Source: Salinivirgaceae bacterium (GTDB lineage Bacteria; Bacteroidota; Bacteroidia; Bacteroidales; SZUA-534). From it: a stretch of 64,000 bases of DNA. The stretch is taken from contig JAKSOL010000003.1 in assembly GCA_024405635.1 (NCBI GenBank), forward strand, positions 96,001 through 160,000. Reading direction: 5' to 3'. The notes under the pieces are model-generated. The model was given only the letters and a program-made list of their open reading frames with translations. It had not been told where the DNA came from and searched no databases. Position numbers and translations under genes: made by a program. Shown in pieces: positions 23,081 through 33,808 of this stretch; the stretch's first letter is position 1, and each line of letters opens with the position of its first letter.

Positions 23081-23119
23081 ACAAAAAAAGAACCGCCCCA
23101 TTTGGGACGGTTCTTTTTT
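23081..23119 (-). terminator. proS terminator / right repeat copy (candidate attR)
   Basis: aaaaagaaccgcccca-tt-tgggacggttcttttt hairpin with A and T tracts, about 25 nt past the proS stop. Confidence 0.85.
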
Positions 23120-23142
23120 AAGTTATATGCAAAACTTGCAGT

Positions 23143-24618
23143 TTAGTAGCTGCGAGCAAACAAAACGCGTTGTTTCGAAGGTTTGCCAGAGTAGATGCAA
23201 ACGCCATCTTCCAATGGATTGCCAATAGGAATGCAACGGATAGTGGCTTTTGTTTCTTCTTTAATTTTTTCTTCGGTTTCGGTTGTTCCGTCCCAGTGAG
23301 CATAAACAAAGCCGCCTTTTTCGTCAAGCACACGTTTAAATTCATCGTAAGTATCAACTTTGGTAATCATGCCATCGCGGTACTCTTTTGCTTTGTTGAA
23401 TATGTTAGCTTGAATGTCGTCAAGCAACTTAACAATAGCTTCGTCAATGCCGTCAAGCGACATTTGCTCTTTGGTTAACGTGTCGCGGCGAGCCACTTCA
23501 ACGCTGTTATTCTCCAAGTCGCGGTTGCCAATAGCTAAACGTACAGGAACACCTTTTAGTTCGTATTCAGCAAACTTCCAACCTGGTTTCTTTTGGTCGT
23601 TGTCGTCAAACTTAACCGAAATGCCTTTTGCTTTAAGTTTTGCAACAATTTCGTTCACTTTTGCCGAAATAGCTTCAAGTTCTTCGGCTTTTTTGTAAAT
23701 AGGAACAATAACAACCTGAGTAGGAGCCAAGCATGGAGGCAATACAAGGCCGTTATCGTCGGAGTGAGTCATAATTAAAGCACCCATTAGTCGGGTTGAA
23801 ACGCCCCACGATGTTGCCCAAACATATTCAAGTTGGTTTTCTTTGTTAACAAACTGAACCTCAAAGGCTTTAGCAAAGTTTTGTCCCAAGAAGTGCGATG
23901 TTCCAGCTTGAAGCGCTTTACCATCTTGCATCATAGCCTCAATGGTGTAAGTGTCAAGTGCACCAGCAAAACGCTCGTTAGCACTTTTAACACCTTTCAC
24001 AACAGGCACAGCCATGTATTTTTCAGCAAATTCGGCATAAACCTCAAGCATCTTTTTTGCCTCAGCTTCAGCCTCTTCGCGAGTAGCGTGAGCGGTGTGT
24101 CCTTCTTGCCACAAGAATTCGGCGGTGCGCAAGAACAATCGTGTGCGCATCTCCCAACGCATTACGTTAGCCCATTGGTTGCACAAAATAGGAAGGTCGC
24201 GATACGACGAAATCCAGTTTTTATATGTGTTCCAAATAATGGTTTCTGATGTTGGGCGAATGATGAGTTCTTCTTCCAATCGAGCTTCGGGGTCAACAAC
24301 AACACCTTTGCCATTAGGGTCGTTCATTAAACGATGGTGAGTTACAACGGCGCATTCTTTAGCAAAACCTTCAACATGTTCGGCTTCTTTGCTCAAAAAC
24401 GATTTTGGAATCAAAAGGGGGAAATAAGCGTTAACGTGACCAGTTTCTTTAAACATGTTGTCAAGCTGACGTTGCATTTTTTCCCAAATGGCATATCCAT
24501 AAGGTTTTATAACCATACAGCCGCGCACTGCCGATGTTTCGGCCAAGTCGGCTTTTACAACTAATTCGTTGTACCATTGCGAGTAATTCTCGCTGCGTGA
24601 TGTTAAAAATTTGCCCAT
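23143..24618 (-). CDS. proS: Proline--tRNA ligase (eukaryote/archaea-like type, usual in Bacteroidetes)
   Basis: [42 protein letters not shown]-terminal FARSY. Confidence 0.97.
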   Translation of the reverse strand: MGKFLTSRSENYSQWYNELVVKADLAETSAVRGCMVIKPYGYAIWEKMQRQLDNMFKETGHVNAYFPLLIPKSFLSKEAEHVEGFAKECAVVTHHRLMNDPNGKGVVVDPEARLEEELIIRPTSETIIWNTYKNWISSYRDLPILCNQWANVMRWEMRTRLFLRTAEFLWQEGHTAHATREEAEAEAKKMLEVYAEFAEKYMAVPVVKGVKSANERFAGALDTYTIEAMMQDGKALQAGTSHFLGQNFAKAFEVQFVNKENQLEYVWATSWGVSTRLMGALIMTHSDDNGLVLPPCLAPTQVVIVPIYKKAEELEAISAKVNEIVAKLKAKGISVKFDDNDQKKPGWKFAEYELKGVPVRLAIGNRDLENNSVEVARRDTLTKEQMSLDGIDEAIVKLLDDIQANIFNKAKEYRDGMITKVDTYDEFKRVLDEKGGFVYAHWDGTTETEEKIKEETKATIRCIPIGNPLEDGVCIYSGKPSKQRVLFARSY

Positions 24619-24723
24619 CTTTCTGTCAAGAGTATAATTGAATTGTTATATTCGCATTGCATAGTTTATGCTTAATTGTGCGCAAAGAAAACATTTTAAT
24701 AAACACACTAAAAATCTAACGAC

Positions 24724-26061
24724 ATGAAAAATTTCAACCAACTCTTAATGGTGCTGCTCATGGCGGTTACAATGTCGTCGTGTGCTTCGTTAACTAGTAT
24801 GAATTCATATTATAACGATGCGTATTATAATCCAAGTGTAAAAGCAACTCCTGTTGCACAACAACCAGTTACTACTCAAGAGCAATCTTCTGAAAAATCA
24901 ACTGTTTCTGATGATGCAACTGCTGCGGTTGCTGACGAAGAAATGGGCGACATTGAACGCCGTTTGGTTCGCTTTAGCGACGATTATAATGGCGCTTATT
25001 TTACTGAAGAAGAAAAAGAAGCCAATGTTAATGTGTATCTCAATGTAGTAAACGATGGTTGGGAACTTGGTTGGTATCGTCCATTGTATAGCGATTTTTG
25101 GTGGAACTCCTCATACTACTATGGCTCATATCGTTTTGGTTATCCTTATTATGGATATTACTATCGTCATGGCTATTATATGTATGGTTTGTATGATTAT
25201 CCGTATTTTGACTATGCGTTGACATCTTACTATGGTTATCCTTACTATTATGGATATCCATACTATTATTACCCAAATTATGGTCATCACCATCATCATT
25301 GTGGTTATCCATACTATCATTATCACAATAATTATGGTTTTGCAACCAATACAAGCCATACAATGAATTCGTCACGCAGAATGTCGCAAACAACAAATTC
25401 TCGTTTTGAGGATGTTGAGGCTCGTATGAATTTGGGAGGAAGTACTCGTGCATCGCGAGGAGGAACAACCTCGGCAATAAAAAATGTTAAGCCAGCCCAA
25501 GGTATAAGAAACAACGCTGCAGCTAGTCATATTTCATCTGATAGAACTCCAACCACGGTTTCAAAAAATAGTGGTTCTAAATTGTCAACTGAAAGTAAGC
25601 GCACTAACTCGCATATTAAGTCACAAGGCACGGGTCGTGGACCAATTGTTTCGCCTTCAACTTCTTCAACCACTCAAACACGACAAGGCACAATACAACA
25701 ACGTGCTGAGCGTCAAAAGGAGTCTCAACAACGAGCAATGCAACAACGTACTACAACCACAACTCAAACTCAACGAGTTAGTACACAACCACAACGTGCA
25801 ACTACAACCACTCGTTCTACAACAACAGGTGTACGCACAAATACTTCGTCGGGTGTGCAACAACGTAGTCATGTAAATACAACAAACCGTTCAACAAGTA
25901 CACAAAACCGAAGCAATCCTACTCCTCGAGTTCAAAATAGTTCAACAACACCGCGTACAAGTACCCCTTCATACAATAGCGGAACACGTTCAAGTGGAGG
26001 TTCTTATGGTGGAGGATCTCACTCAAGTGGTGGTTCTCATTCAGGAGGTCGTGGCCGTTAA
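24724..26061 (+). CDS. Lipoprotein with Tyr/Gly/Pro-rich and Ser/Thr/Arg-rich low-complexity regions
   Basis: Lipobox MSSC, YYGYPYYY repeats, disordered tail ending GGSHSGGRGR. Confidence 0.75.
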   Translation: MKNFNQLLMVLLMAVTMSSCASLTSMNSYYNDAYYNPSVKATPVAQQPVTTQEQSSEKSTVSDDATAAVADEEMGDIERRLVRFSDDYNGAYFTEEEKEANVNVYLNVVNDGWELGWYRPLYSDFWWNSSYYYGSYRFGYPYYGYYYRHGYYMYGLYDYPYFDYALTSYYGYPYYYGYPYYYYPNYGHHHHHCGYPYYHYHNNYGFATNTSHTMNSSRRMSQTTNSRFEDVEARMNLGGSTRASRGGTTSAIKNVKPAQGIRNNAAASHISSDRTPTTVSKNSGSKLSTESKRTNSHIKSQGTGRGPIVSPSTSSTTQTRQGTIQQRAERQKESQQRAMQQRTTTTTQTQRVSTQPQRATTTTRSTTTGVRTNTSSGVQQRSHVNTTNRSTSTQNRSNPTPRVQNSSTTPRTSTPSYNSGTRSSGGSYGGGSHSSGGSHSGGRGR

Positions 26062-26089
26062 AGGAAAATGTTTCAAAAAAGTAAGGTAA

Positions 26090-27535
26090 ATGAAACTAAA
26101 GTTTTTTTCTGTATTAACATTGGCATTATTGGCTTTTGCATCCACAGCGCAAAATATCGACGATGCCATTCGTTATAATTATTTGGCTCCAGTTGGTTCT
26201 GCAAAATCTGTAGCAATGGGTGGCGCTCTTGGGTCCATTGGTGCCGACATTTCTGCGGTGTCAACCAACCCTGCAAGTGTTGGCGTTTTTCGAACTAATT
26301 ATTTTTCTTTCACGCCATCGTTCAATATGAGCAAAAGTACTGCGTCGTATTATGGAAATGATTCAAAAGTGAGCAAGAGCAAGTTCAATATGTTTGACGA
26401 TGTTGGTGTGGTTTTTTCGCTTGATACTGAACGCGAAAAGGGGTGCAAAATGGTTAACTTTTCTTTTGCATACGATAAATTTCACGATTTTCGTTTGAAT
26501 AGGATGAATGTTAGTGGAGCCAATAATAAGGGGTCGTTTCTTGATGGCGAGGTTTATTATTATTGCGAAAATCCTAGCGACGATAATATGTATTTAGAGG
26601 CTGGTGCTATCCTTATTGATACTTTGGCTAACGAGTGCTTTAATAGTTATCAAGAATATGGCCAGTATGGTTCTACTCAATTGTATGAAGAAAAACCTTC
26701 GGGCTCAATAGGAGTATTGAATTTTAGCATTGGTTGCAATTTAAACGACAAATTCTATATCGGAGGCTCGCTTGATATTTATGATGTGAACTATTCTATG
26801 GATAGCCGTTTTAAGGAAGTGTCAATGCTTCCTACTGATTTTGAAAATCTTTCGCTCAGCAAGTATTTTTCGTCCAAAGGTTCAGGTGTTGGAGTAAAGT
26901 TGGGTGGCATTGTTTGGCTTAACCAATTTGTTCGTGTTGGAGCTGCAATGCATTCGCCTGTGCTACTATCAATGAACGATGTGTTTAATAGTCGCGAAAC
27001 AGTTTCAACAACATACATTAAAACACCAAATCAAGGTTCGTCGTACGACGACTTTAAATGGACAATGACTTTGCCTGGCAAACTAGTAGGTAGTGTGGCT
27101 ATGGTTATCCCTAGTTTTGCAATGTTGTCGGTCGATTGTGAGTATGTAAACTATGCCAATACATCAATGGATGATGGAGATGACGAAATTTTTTCATACA
27201 ACTCGTTAAGTGGTGTAAATGACGAAATTGAACAAACATTGCACAACGCGCTTAACCTTAAGGCTGGTGCCGAAATTAATTTAGGTCCTGCTGTTGTTCG
27301 TGGCGGATTTGCTTACTTTGGTAGCCCTTACAAAAGTGGCGAAGTAAACGAGTCGGCTAAAAAAATGGTATATAGTGCAGGTATAGGATTTGGAGGAGCC
27401 GTTGCTTCTTTTGATTTGGCATATAGGTTTGAACATAACAAACTAAATAGTAGAATATATTCAACCAACGATAGCCAATATGTATTAAAGAATAATATTG
27501 GATCTGTTGTAGCAACTTTTGGTTTCCGATTTTAA
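26090..27535 (+). CDS. OmpP1/FadL-family outer-membrane beta-barrel
   Basis: GSAKSVAMGGALGSIGADISAVSTNPASVG hatch motif, C-terminal FGFRF. Confidence 0.82.
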   Translation: MKLKFFSVLTLALLAFASTAQNIDDAIRYNYLAPVGSAKSVAMGGALGSIGADISAVSTNPASVGVFRTNYFSFTPSFNMSKSTASYYGNDSKVSKSKFNMFDDVGVVFSLDTEREKGCKMVNFSFAYDKFHDFRLNRMNVSGANNKGSFLDGEVYYYCENPSDDNMYLEAGAILIDTLANECFNSYQEYGQYGSTQLYEEKPSGSIGVLNFSIGCNLNDKFYIGGSLDIYDVNYSMDSRFKEVSMLPTDFENLSLSKYFSSKGSGVGVKLGGIVWLNQFVRVGAAMHSPVLLSMNDVFNSRETVSTTYIKTPNQGSSYDDFKWTMTLPGKLVGSVAMVIPSFAMLSVDCEYVNYANTSMDDGDDEIFSYNSLSGVNDEIEQTLHNALNLKAGAEINLGPAVVRGGFAYFGSPYKSGEVNESAKKMVYSAGIGFGGAVASFDLAYRFEHNKLNSRIYSTNDSQYVLKNNIGSVVATFGFRF

Positions 27536-27616
27536 GCAACTTGAGTTTTAATAAAAAAGGCTAATTAAAAAAGATTGACACAAACAAACTTTAAATTTGA
27601 GGAGTGAAATTATAAT

Positions 27617-27994
27617 ATGAAACCGCTAATTATTACAGGAACATCGTCAACGCCATCAATTGTTTTGGACAAGGATGGTGGTGTTTTTGAAATTCAGGGT
27701 ATTTCGCGACCTGAAGATACGTTGACATTCTTTCGTCCTGTTGTTGATTGGTTTAAGGAGTATTCAATAAATCCTAACCCAGTAACCAATGTGGCGTTTA
27801 AAATGATTTACCAAAATTCGTCTTCGTCGCGAATGTTTATGAGCATCCTTCTTAGTTTGAAACAGAATTTGGTGCTTAAAGGAAACCAAGTTAATGTTGA
27901 GTGGCATTATGTTAAGGTTGACGAATCGCAACGTGAGGTTGGCGAGGACTTTTCTTCGTTACTTGATATGCCATTTGATTTTGTAGAAATGTAA
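27617..27994 (+). CDS. SiaC/DUF1987 family protein
   Basis: [36 protein letters not shown]. Confidence 0.75.
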   Translation: MKPLIITGTSSTPSIVLDKDGGVFEIQGISRPEDTLTFFRPVVDWFKEYSINPNPVTNVAFKMIYQNSSSSRMFMSILLSLKQNLVLKGNQVNVEWHYVKVDESQREVGEDFSSLLDMPFDFVEM

Positions 27995-28004
27995 TATCGT
28001 AACA

Positions 28005-28382
28005 ATGAAAAAGGTTATTGCAACATCAAACGCTCCTGCTGCTATTGGCCCATATAGCCAAGCAATTGAAACAAATGGTTTTGTTTTTGTGTCTGGTCAA
28101 ATTCCAATTGTTCCTCAAACCGGAAATCTTGTTGATGGCGGTATTGAACAGCAAACTGAGCAAGTTTTGAAAAACATAGCAGCAATTTTAGAAGCTGCAG
28201 GTCTTTCGTTGGCCAATGTTGTAAAAACAACAGTGCTACTCAAGAGCATTAACGATTTTGCAGCAATGAATGCGATATATGCAAAGTTTTTCACTAACGA
28301 AGCACCAGCGCGCGCTGCGTATGAAGTGGTTAATTTGCCAAAAGGAGCTTTGATTGAGATTGAAGCTATTGCAGCTCGATAA
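28005..28382 (+). CDS. ridA: RidA family reactive intermediate deaminase
   Basis: [38 protein letters not shown]. Confidence 0.92.
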   Translation: MKKVIATSNAPAAIGPYSQAIETNGFVFVSGQIPIVPQTGNLVDGGIEQQTEQVLKNIAAILEAAGLSLANVVKTTVLLKSINDFAAMNAIYAKFFTNEAPARAAYEVVNLPKGALIEIEAIAAR

Positions 28383-28395
28383 GTATTTTTGTAAG

Positions 28396-29421
28396 TTAAT
28401 TTTGTTTGCTTTTATCTGACGAGGCCCTAACTATAAGTGTTGCGGGTACAATAATCTCTTTACCTTCGGCTACAGGCTTACCTTCTATTTGGTCAAACAA
28501 TAGTTTAGCTGCCAAAATTCCAATTTTCAAAGGATTTTGGTCCAATGTACTTAATGCAGGTTCCATATAACTAGAGCGACGGCTGTTTGAAAAACCAACA
28601 ACAGCAACATCATCAGGAATACTTAATCCTTTTTCTTTAATTGCATATAGTGCGCCAATTGCAACGTCGTCGTTAATGCCAAATATAGCATCAGGTGGAT
28701 TCTTTAGGTTTAGCAATTCGCTTGTGGCTTGTTTTGCATTGTCAACGGTAAGATTGCAGCGTACAATTAAACTATTGTCAATTGGTAGCCCGTGGTTTGT
28801 TAGTGCAGCTCGGTATCCTCTAAATCTGTTGCGACCTATCAACATGTGCTCTGGGCCTGTTATTAACGCTACTCGTTTTGCTCCGTTTTCAATAAGATGA
28901 GAAACTGCCATGTATGCGGCATCGGCATCGTTAGCAACAACTTTTGGCACGTTTATTTCTTTTGATGTGCGGTCAAATAGTACCAATGGTACGTTGTCGC
29001 CTTCAATTCGGTGAATATGTACAAACTCATCGGTTGCTTTTGATAGCGATACTATCATACCATCAACTCTATGATCAAGAAAACCATATACGTTTTGCAT
29101 TTCTTTTATCATGTCTTCGTTTGACGATGATACAAAAACTTGATAACCAAGTTCGTTTGCAACTTGTTCAATGCCTTGAACAACAGTAGCATAAAAGAAA
29201 CTTACAATTTGAGGTACAACTACTCCAATTGAATATGTTTTGCGCGTTTTTAGGGCAACCGCCATTGTGTTTGGCCTATATTGGAGTTTAGCTGCGGTGT
29301 CGCGAACAAGTTGTTTTGTCTCGTCAGATATTTCTGGCTTGTCTTGTAGCGCTCGCGATACTGTTGAAACCGAAACCCCAAGTTCTTTGGCAATGTCTTT
29401 TATTGTTGCTGCTTTTTTCAT
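28396..29421 (-). CDS. LacI family transcriptional regulator
   Basis: TIKDIAKELGVSVSTVSRAL HTH, YRPN, periplasmic-binding-protein-like sensor domain. Confidence 0.93.
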   Translation of the reverse strand: MKKAATIKDIAKELGVSVSTVSRALQDKPEISDETKQLVRDTAAKLQYRPNTMAVALKTRKTYSIGVVVPQIVSFFYATVVQGIEQVANELGYQVFVSSSNEDMIKEMQNVYGFLDHRVDGMIVSLSKATDEFVHIHRIEGDNVPLVLFDRTSKEINVPKVVANDADAAYMAVSHLIENGAKRVALITGPEHMLIGRNRFRGYRAALTNHGLPIDNSLIVRCNLTVDNAKQATSELLNLKNPPDAIFGINDDVAIGALYAIKEKGLSIPDDVAVVGFSNSRRSSYMEPALSTLDQNPLKIGILAAKLLFDQIEGKPVAEGKEIIVPATLIVRASSDKSKQN

Positions 29422-29442
29422 AACAAGTAGTTGTTTTACTAT

Positions 29443-29468
29443 AGGTATCGGTTTACCTTACAAATATA
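29443..29468 (-). promoter_or_regulatory. lacI-type promoter -7 element with adjacent imperfect palindrome (candidate autoregulatory operator)
   Basis: TATATTTG (29468-29461) followed by AGGTAAACCGATACCT (29458-29443). Confidence 0.4.
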
Positions 29469-29522
29469 TATTTTTTGAGTTCGTTTTCTTTATGGCGTTG
29501 GTTACATGTGAGAAAAACATAT

Positions 29523-29556
29523 AAAAAAAGCCGCATTCTATAGGAATGCGGCTTTT
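29523..29556 (-). terminator. Terminator after the glycogen cluster
   Basis: aaaagccgcattc / gaatgcggctttt stem with an A-run giving a minus-strand U-tract. Confidence 0.85.
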
Positions 29557-29576
29557 GTATGTTATTGCCTTTTGTA

Positions 29577-32500
29577 TTAAATCCAACGAAGCAATGGAAG
29601 GTCTTGACGATGAGGCAATTCTGGATGTTTTGCAAACACGCGAATACCGTAATCGTACGAACCTGGTAGGTCAAGTTGGAAATCAATTGCAAAGAATGCC
29701 ATTGAATTTACCGATTTAGAAAGTGTTAATTCACGGCAACCAATGAATTTATTTCCATCAGGTTGAACAAGAACCAATTCAACGCCTATGTCGTTAATAT
29801 TTAGGTCTTTAATGTCAAGGGCTACTTCGCCGTGGTAGTTTTGACCAGTTCTAAAATCGCTATTCAATGTGTTAGGGAAGTCAACTGATACAATTTCAAT
29901 TTTGTCCCAATTCTCCATAAGTTTTGCTTTCCAACTAGTAAGTTCACGAGCCAATTGATAGTTGTTATCAATGATTTTTTTGCTGCGAACGTATTGCTTG
30001 CTATAGTATTGAGCAATGTAGTCGTCAAGCATACGTTTTGTTGTAAAGTTAGGAGCGATGCTTGCAATTGAACGTTTGATGTATTGTACCCATTCTGTTG
30101 GAACACCATCTTCGCCACGTTGGTAGAACAATGGGATGATTTCGTTCTCAAGAATACTGTAAATAGTGGCAGCATCAAGTTCGTCTTGGAATTGAGTGTC
30201 TTGGTATGTTTGTTTTTCAGTTAAAGCCCAACCAGCTTTTTCTTTGTAACCTTCGCACCACCAACCGTCAAGCACACTAAAGTTTAGTACACCATTCATT
30301 TCGGCTTTTTGACCACTTGTACCACTGGCCTCAAGTGGGCGAGTTGGGTTGTTCAACCATACGTCAACACCGCGAACCAAACGTTTTGCTAGGTCAATAT
30401 CGTAGTTCTCAAGGAACAATATTTTGCCAATGAATTCAGGACGACGCGAAATCTCAATAATGTTTTTGATAAGGTCTTGACCTGGTTTGTCGTGTGGGTG
30501 AGCTTTACCAGCAAACAAGAATTGAACTGGACGCTCTGGGTTGTTTACGATTTTAGCCAAACGGTCAATATCGCTGAACAACAAGTGTGCACGTTTGTAT
30601 GTAGCAAAACGGCGAGCAAAACCAATTGTCAAGGTGTTCTCGTTAATTGAGTTAAGAGTCTTAACGATGTATTTTGGGCTCTCGTGACGACGAATGAAAC
30701 TATCCTCGTAACGTGATTTTACGTAATCGATAAGTTTTTTGCGGAGTTTGTTTCTCAAATCCCAAATAACGTTGTCTTTTACTTTGAATATTTTCTCCCA
30801 ATAGTCTGTGTTTGATTGGTCTTGCATCCAACCTTCGCCAAATTCTTGCTCATACAAACGACGCCATTCGTTTGCTGTCCATGTTGGCATGTGAACACCA
30901 TTGGTAACGTAGTTGATGTATAGTTCTTCTGTAAAGAAGCCTTTCCACATATATTTAAACATCTCCTTTGTTACTTCACCATGCAAGCGGCTTACACCGT
31001 TCATTTCTTGCGAAGTTTTTGTTGCCAAAACGCTCATTGAGAATTTGTCGGTTTGGCTTCCTTCGTGTTCGCGACCTAGGTTTAAGAATACCTCCCAATC
31101 AACTTTCAAGCGCTCTGGAATTGGGCGCAAGTAAGTTCTAATCATTTGTTGGTCAAAGGCATCGTGGCCAGCGGCAACAGGTGTGTGTGTGGTAAACAAT
31201 GATGATGAGCGAACTACTTCAAGAGCCTCGCCAAATGTCAAGTTCTCGTGTTGAACAAGGTCGCACAAGCGTTCAACGTTGATAAGAGCTGCGTGGCCCT
31301 CATTGCAGTGATATACGTTAGGTTTGATGCCTAATGCTTTTAATACTCGAATACCACCCAAGCCAAGGAACATTTCTTGTTTCAATCGGTTTTCCCAGTC
31401 ACCACCATAAAGTTGGTGTGTAATGGTACGATCCTCTGGTGAGTTTTCAGGGCATTCTGTATCAAGCAAATACAATGGAACGCGACCTACTTGAACTATC
31501 CAAACTTTAGCCATTACCATACGACCTGGCAGGTTCAATGTAATCATCAAATGGTGATTGAACTCGTCAAGAACTGGTTTGATTGGAAGGCTATCAAGGT
31601 TTTGTGGAATCAAACTAGCTTGTTGCTCGCCTGATACTGTTAATTCTTGTGTAAAGTATCCGTATTTGTATAGGAAACCAATTGCAACCATGGGCATGTT
31701 AGAGTCGCTGGCTTCTTTCAAGTAGTCACCTGCCAAAATACCCAAACCGCCCGAGAATATTTTAAGGTTGTCAGTCAAACCATACTCCATGCTGAAATAG
31801 CCAACTAGTGGCATATCGGTACGTGGAGCAACGCTCATGTATTTTGAAAAGTCGTTGTAAACTTTTTCATATTGTGCAAGGAAAACAGGGTCTTTGCTTA
31901 ATTCGTTCAAACGAGCTGTTGAAACTCGTTTAAGTAAGGTGATTGGGTTCTTTTCGCTCTTTTTCCAAAGTTCTGGATCAATGTATTTAAACATATCTAG
32001 AGCTTCGTAGCTCCAACACCACCATAGGTTGTTTGAAATTTCTTCAAGATTTTCCAATTTGCTTGGTAAGTCTGAATGGATAACCATTCTTTTCCAAACA
32101 GGTTCATTACTTGTCTGTCTATTCTCCATAATATAATTTGTGATAATCTGTGTGTCGTTAACTTTTTTTCTTGTTGAAATGCTCAAGGCTTTTTCGTACA
32201 CCTCAATGTAGTATGGGAATAAGTTCTCCCAACTTATTTCTAGCGATTGTTTACGAGCTGCTTCGCCAATTTCTTTACGTTTTTGTACTGGCATGCGGTA
32301 AACGTTTTCAATTACATCTACCAAATCGTTTACAACATCCCAATATCCGTCTTCGTTGCGATTGATAACAGCAATACCGTCTTCAATGCCATCGGTACGT
32401 TTTTGCATCCATTGTCCAAAACCAGCCAAGTTGTCGGTAACTGTTGGAACTCCAACTGCAATACTCTCAAGTGGAGTATAGCCCCAAGGTTCGTAATATG

Positions 32501-33782
32501 ATGGGAATGCAGTTAAATCAAATCCGCTTAGCAATTCGTAGTACGACATGTTGAAAATGCCATCGTTTCCTTTTAGGTAAACAGGAACCGATACAATATT
32601 AATGTCGCTACCATCGTTGTTTAGCAACTGTAATTGGTTGCATTTATCAAGGATAGGGTCGTATGCGTTACGGTCAAGTTCGTGAGTTAAAATACGATCG
32701 CTAATAGGTTTCATTCCTCCGTTTAGCGCGGTAATCAATTCTTGTCGAGGTCCGTAATTGTTGTTTGGTACAAGAATAAAACCAACAATCTTGTGGTCGT
32801 GTTTGGTTTGACGCAGTTTACCTAGAGCATCAATAAATACATCAATTCCCTTGTTTTTGAATTCGTAGCGACCAGAAATAGCTACAAATAAAGTATCGTC
32901 GTCGTATTGGTTGCCAGTTAGTGCAGATGCAACTTTGGCTAATAGTTGACGTGCTTTTTTAGGGGTGTCTTTTGCAATTTTTGGCAAGTGCTCAAGTGAA
33001 AAACCATTTGGGGTAATTACATCTGGAGCATTGTTCAAAATAACCGAACATTCGGTTGCTGTAACTTTACTCACTGTTGTGTATGCCGATGCATATTTTG
33101 CCGACATTTTTTCAAGCGAGTGCTTTGCCATCACATTCAAGTCGCGAGCTTTGGTGTCGGGGTCAAAAGTGCCAAGGCTTTTATACAATGGAAGTCCGTT
33201 GCCTGCTATTGAGCGACCAAGAACGGTTGCGTGTGTTGTAAATACTGTGCCAATTTGTGGACAATTTTGTTCAAGGTAAAGAACGCCTGCTCCTGTTTGC
33301 CATTCGTGGAATTGGGCAATAACTGGAGTGCCTTTAAGAACGTACTTCTTAAAACTTTCAATTACCATGCCCACAGCATAACCAAACAATGCCGATTCAA
33401 CATAATCCCAGTCGCCGGTAATAGAATCGAGTTTATATGTTTCCCACCATTTAGCAAAGATTTTATCTTTTTGTGGAATTAAAACTGTATAGTCAACCAA
33501 GAATGCTGTTGGCTTGTGTGCAACGTTCCATTTGCCAATTCTAACTCTAATACCTTCTGCTGCAATTGCTTCTCGCCATTCAGAATATAGAGTTTTATCC
33601 TCGGTGAACTCCATGTTTTGTGTGTCGCGAATAAAATCAGGACCAACAAATATTACGTTGTCACCATATTTGGCATGTTGGTATGGCATTTTTGATGTAA
33701 TAACAGTATGGATGCCTCCAACTTTGTTGCAAACTTCCCAACTTGTTTCAAAAATAAAACATGATGAGGGGGTAGTACTCAT
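29577..33782 (-). CDS. glgP: Fusion of GT3-type glycogen synthase and alpha-glucan phosphorylase (GT35)
   Basis: N-terminal FETSWEVCNKVGGIHTV and PSYYEPWGYTP (GT3). C-terminal YFSMEYG, SGGLGILAGD, GFARRFATYKR, EASGTSGQK (phosphorylase PLP-Lys). Confidence 0.9.
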   Translation of the reverse strand: MSTTPSSCFIFETSWEVCNKVGGIHTVITSKMPYQHAKYGDNVIFVGPDFIRDTQNMEFTEDKTLYSEWREAIAAEGIRVRIGKWNVAHKPTAFLVDYTVLIPQKDKIFAKWWETYKLDSITGDWDYVESALFGYAVGMVIESFKKYVLKGTPVIAQFHEWQTGAGVLYLEQNCPQIGTVFTTHATVLGRSIAGNGLPLYKSLGTFDPDTKARDLNVMAKHSLEKMSAKYASAYTTVSKVTATECSVILNNAPDVITPNGFSLEHLPKIAKDTPKKARQLLAKVASALTGNQYDDDTLFVAISGRYEFKNKGIDVFIDALGKLRQTKHDHKIVGFILVPNNNYGPRQELITALNGGMKPISDRILTHELDRNAYDPILDKCNQLQLLNNDGSDINIVSVPVYLKGNDGIFNMSYYELLSGFDLTAFPSYYEPWGYTPLESIAVGVPTVTDNLAGFGQWMQKRTDGIEDGIAVINRNEDGYWDVVNDLVDVIENVYRMPVQKRKEIGEAARKQSLEISWENLFPYYIEVYEKALSISTRKKVNDTQIITNYIMENRQTSNEPVWKRMVIHSDLPSKLENLEEISNNLWWCWSYEALDMFKYIDPELWKKSEKNPITLLKRVSTARLNELSKDPVFLAQYEKVYNDFSKYMSVAPRTDMPLVGYFSMEYGLTDNLKIFSGGLGILAGDYLKEASDSNMPMVAIGFLYKYGYFTQELTVSGEQQASLIPQNLDSLPIKPVLDEFNHHLMITLNLPGRMVMAKVWIVQVGRVPLYLLDTECPENSPEDRTITHQLYGGDWENRLKQEMFLGLGGIRVLKALGIKPNVYHCNEGHAALINVERLCDLVQHENLTFGEALEVVRSSSLFTTHTPVAAGHDAFDQQMIRTYLRPIPERLKVDWEVFLNLGREHEGSQTDKFSMSVLATKTSQEMNGVSRLHGEVTKEMFKYMWKGFFTEELYINYVTNGVHMPTWTANEWRRLYEQEFGEGWMQDQSNTDYWEKIFKVKDNVIWDLRNKLRKKLIDYVKSRYEDSFIRRHESPKYIVKTLNSINENTLTIGFARRFATYKRAHLLFSDIDRLAKIVNNPERPVQFLFAGKAHPHDKPGQDLIKNIIEISRRPEFIGKILFLENYDIDLAKRLVRGVDVWLNNPTRPLEASGTSGQKAEMNGVLNFSVLDGWWCEGYKEKAGWALTEKQTYQDTQFQDELDAATIYSILENEIIPLFYQRGEDGVPTEWVQYIKRSIASIAPNFTTKRMLDDYIAQYYSKQYVRSKKIIDNNYQLARELTSWKAKLMENWDKIEIVSVDFPNTLNSDFRTGQNYHGEVALDIKDLNINDIGVELVLVQPDGNKFIGCRELTLSKSVNSMAFFAIDFQLDLPGSYDYGIRVFAKHPELPHRQDLPLLRWI

Positions 33783-33808
33783 TTGTAGTATAGGTTTTTG
33801 TTTTTTAG

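Noticed and set aside
25040-25477. His/Asn/Asp-rich antisense ORF
   Set aside because: Its composition is explained by the Tyr/Gly repeats of the sense-strand lipoprotein.
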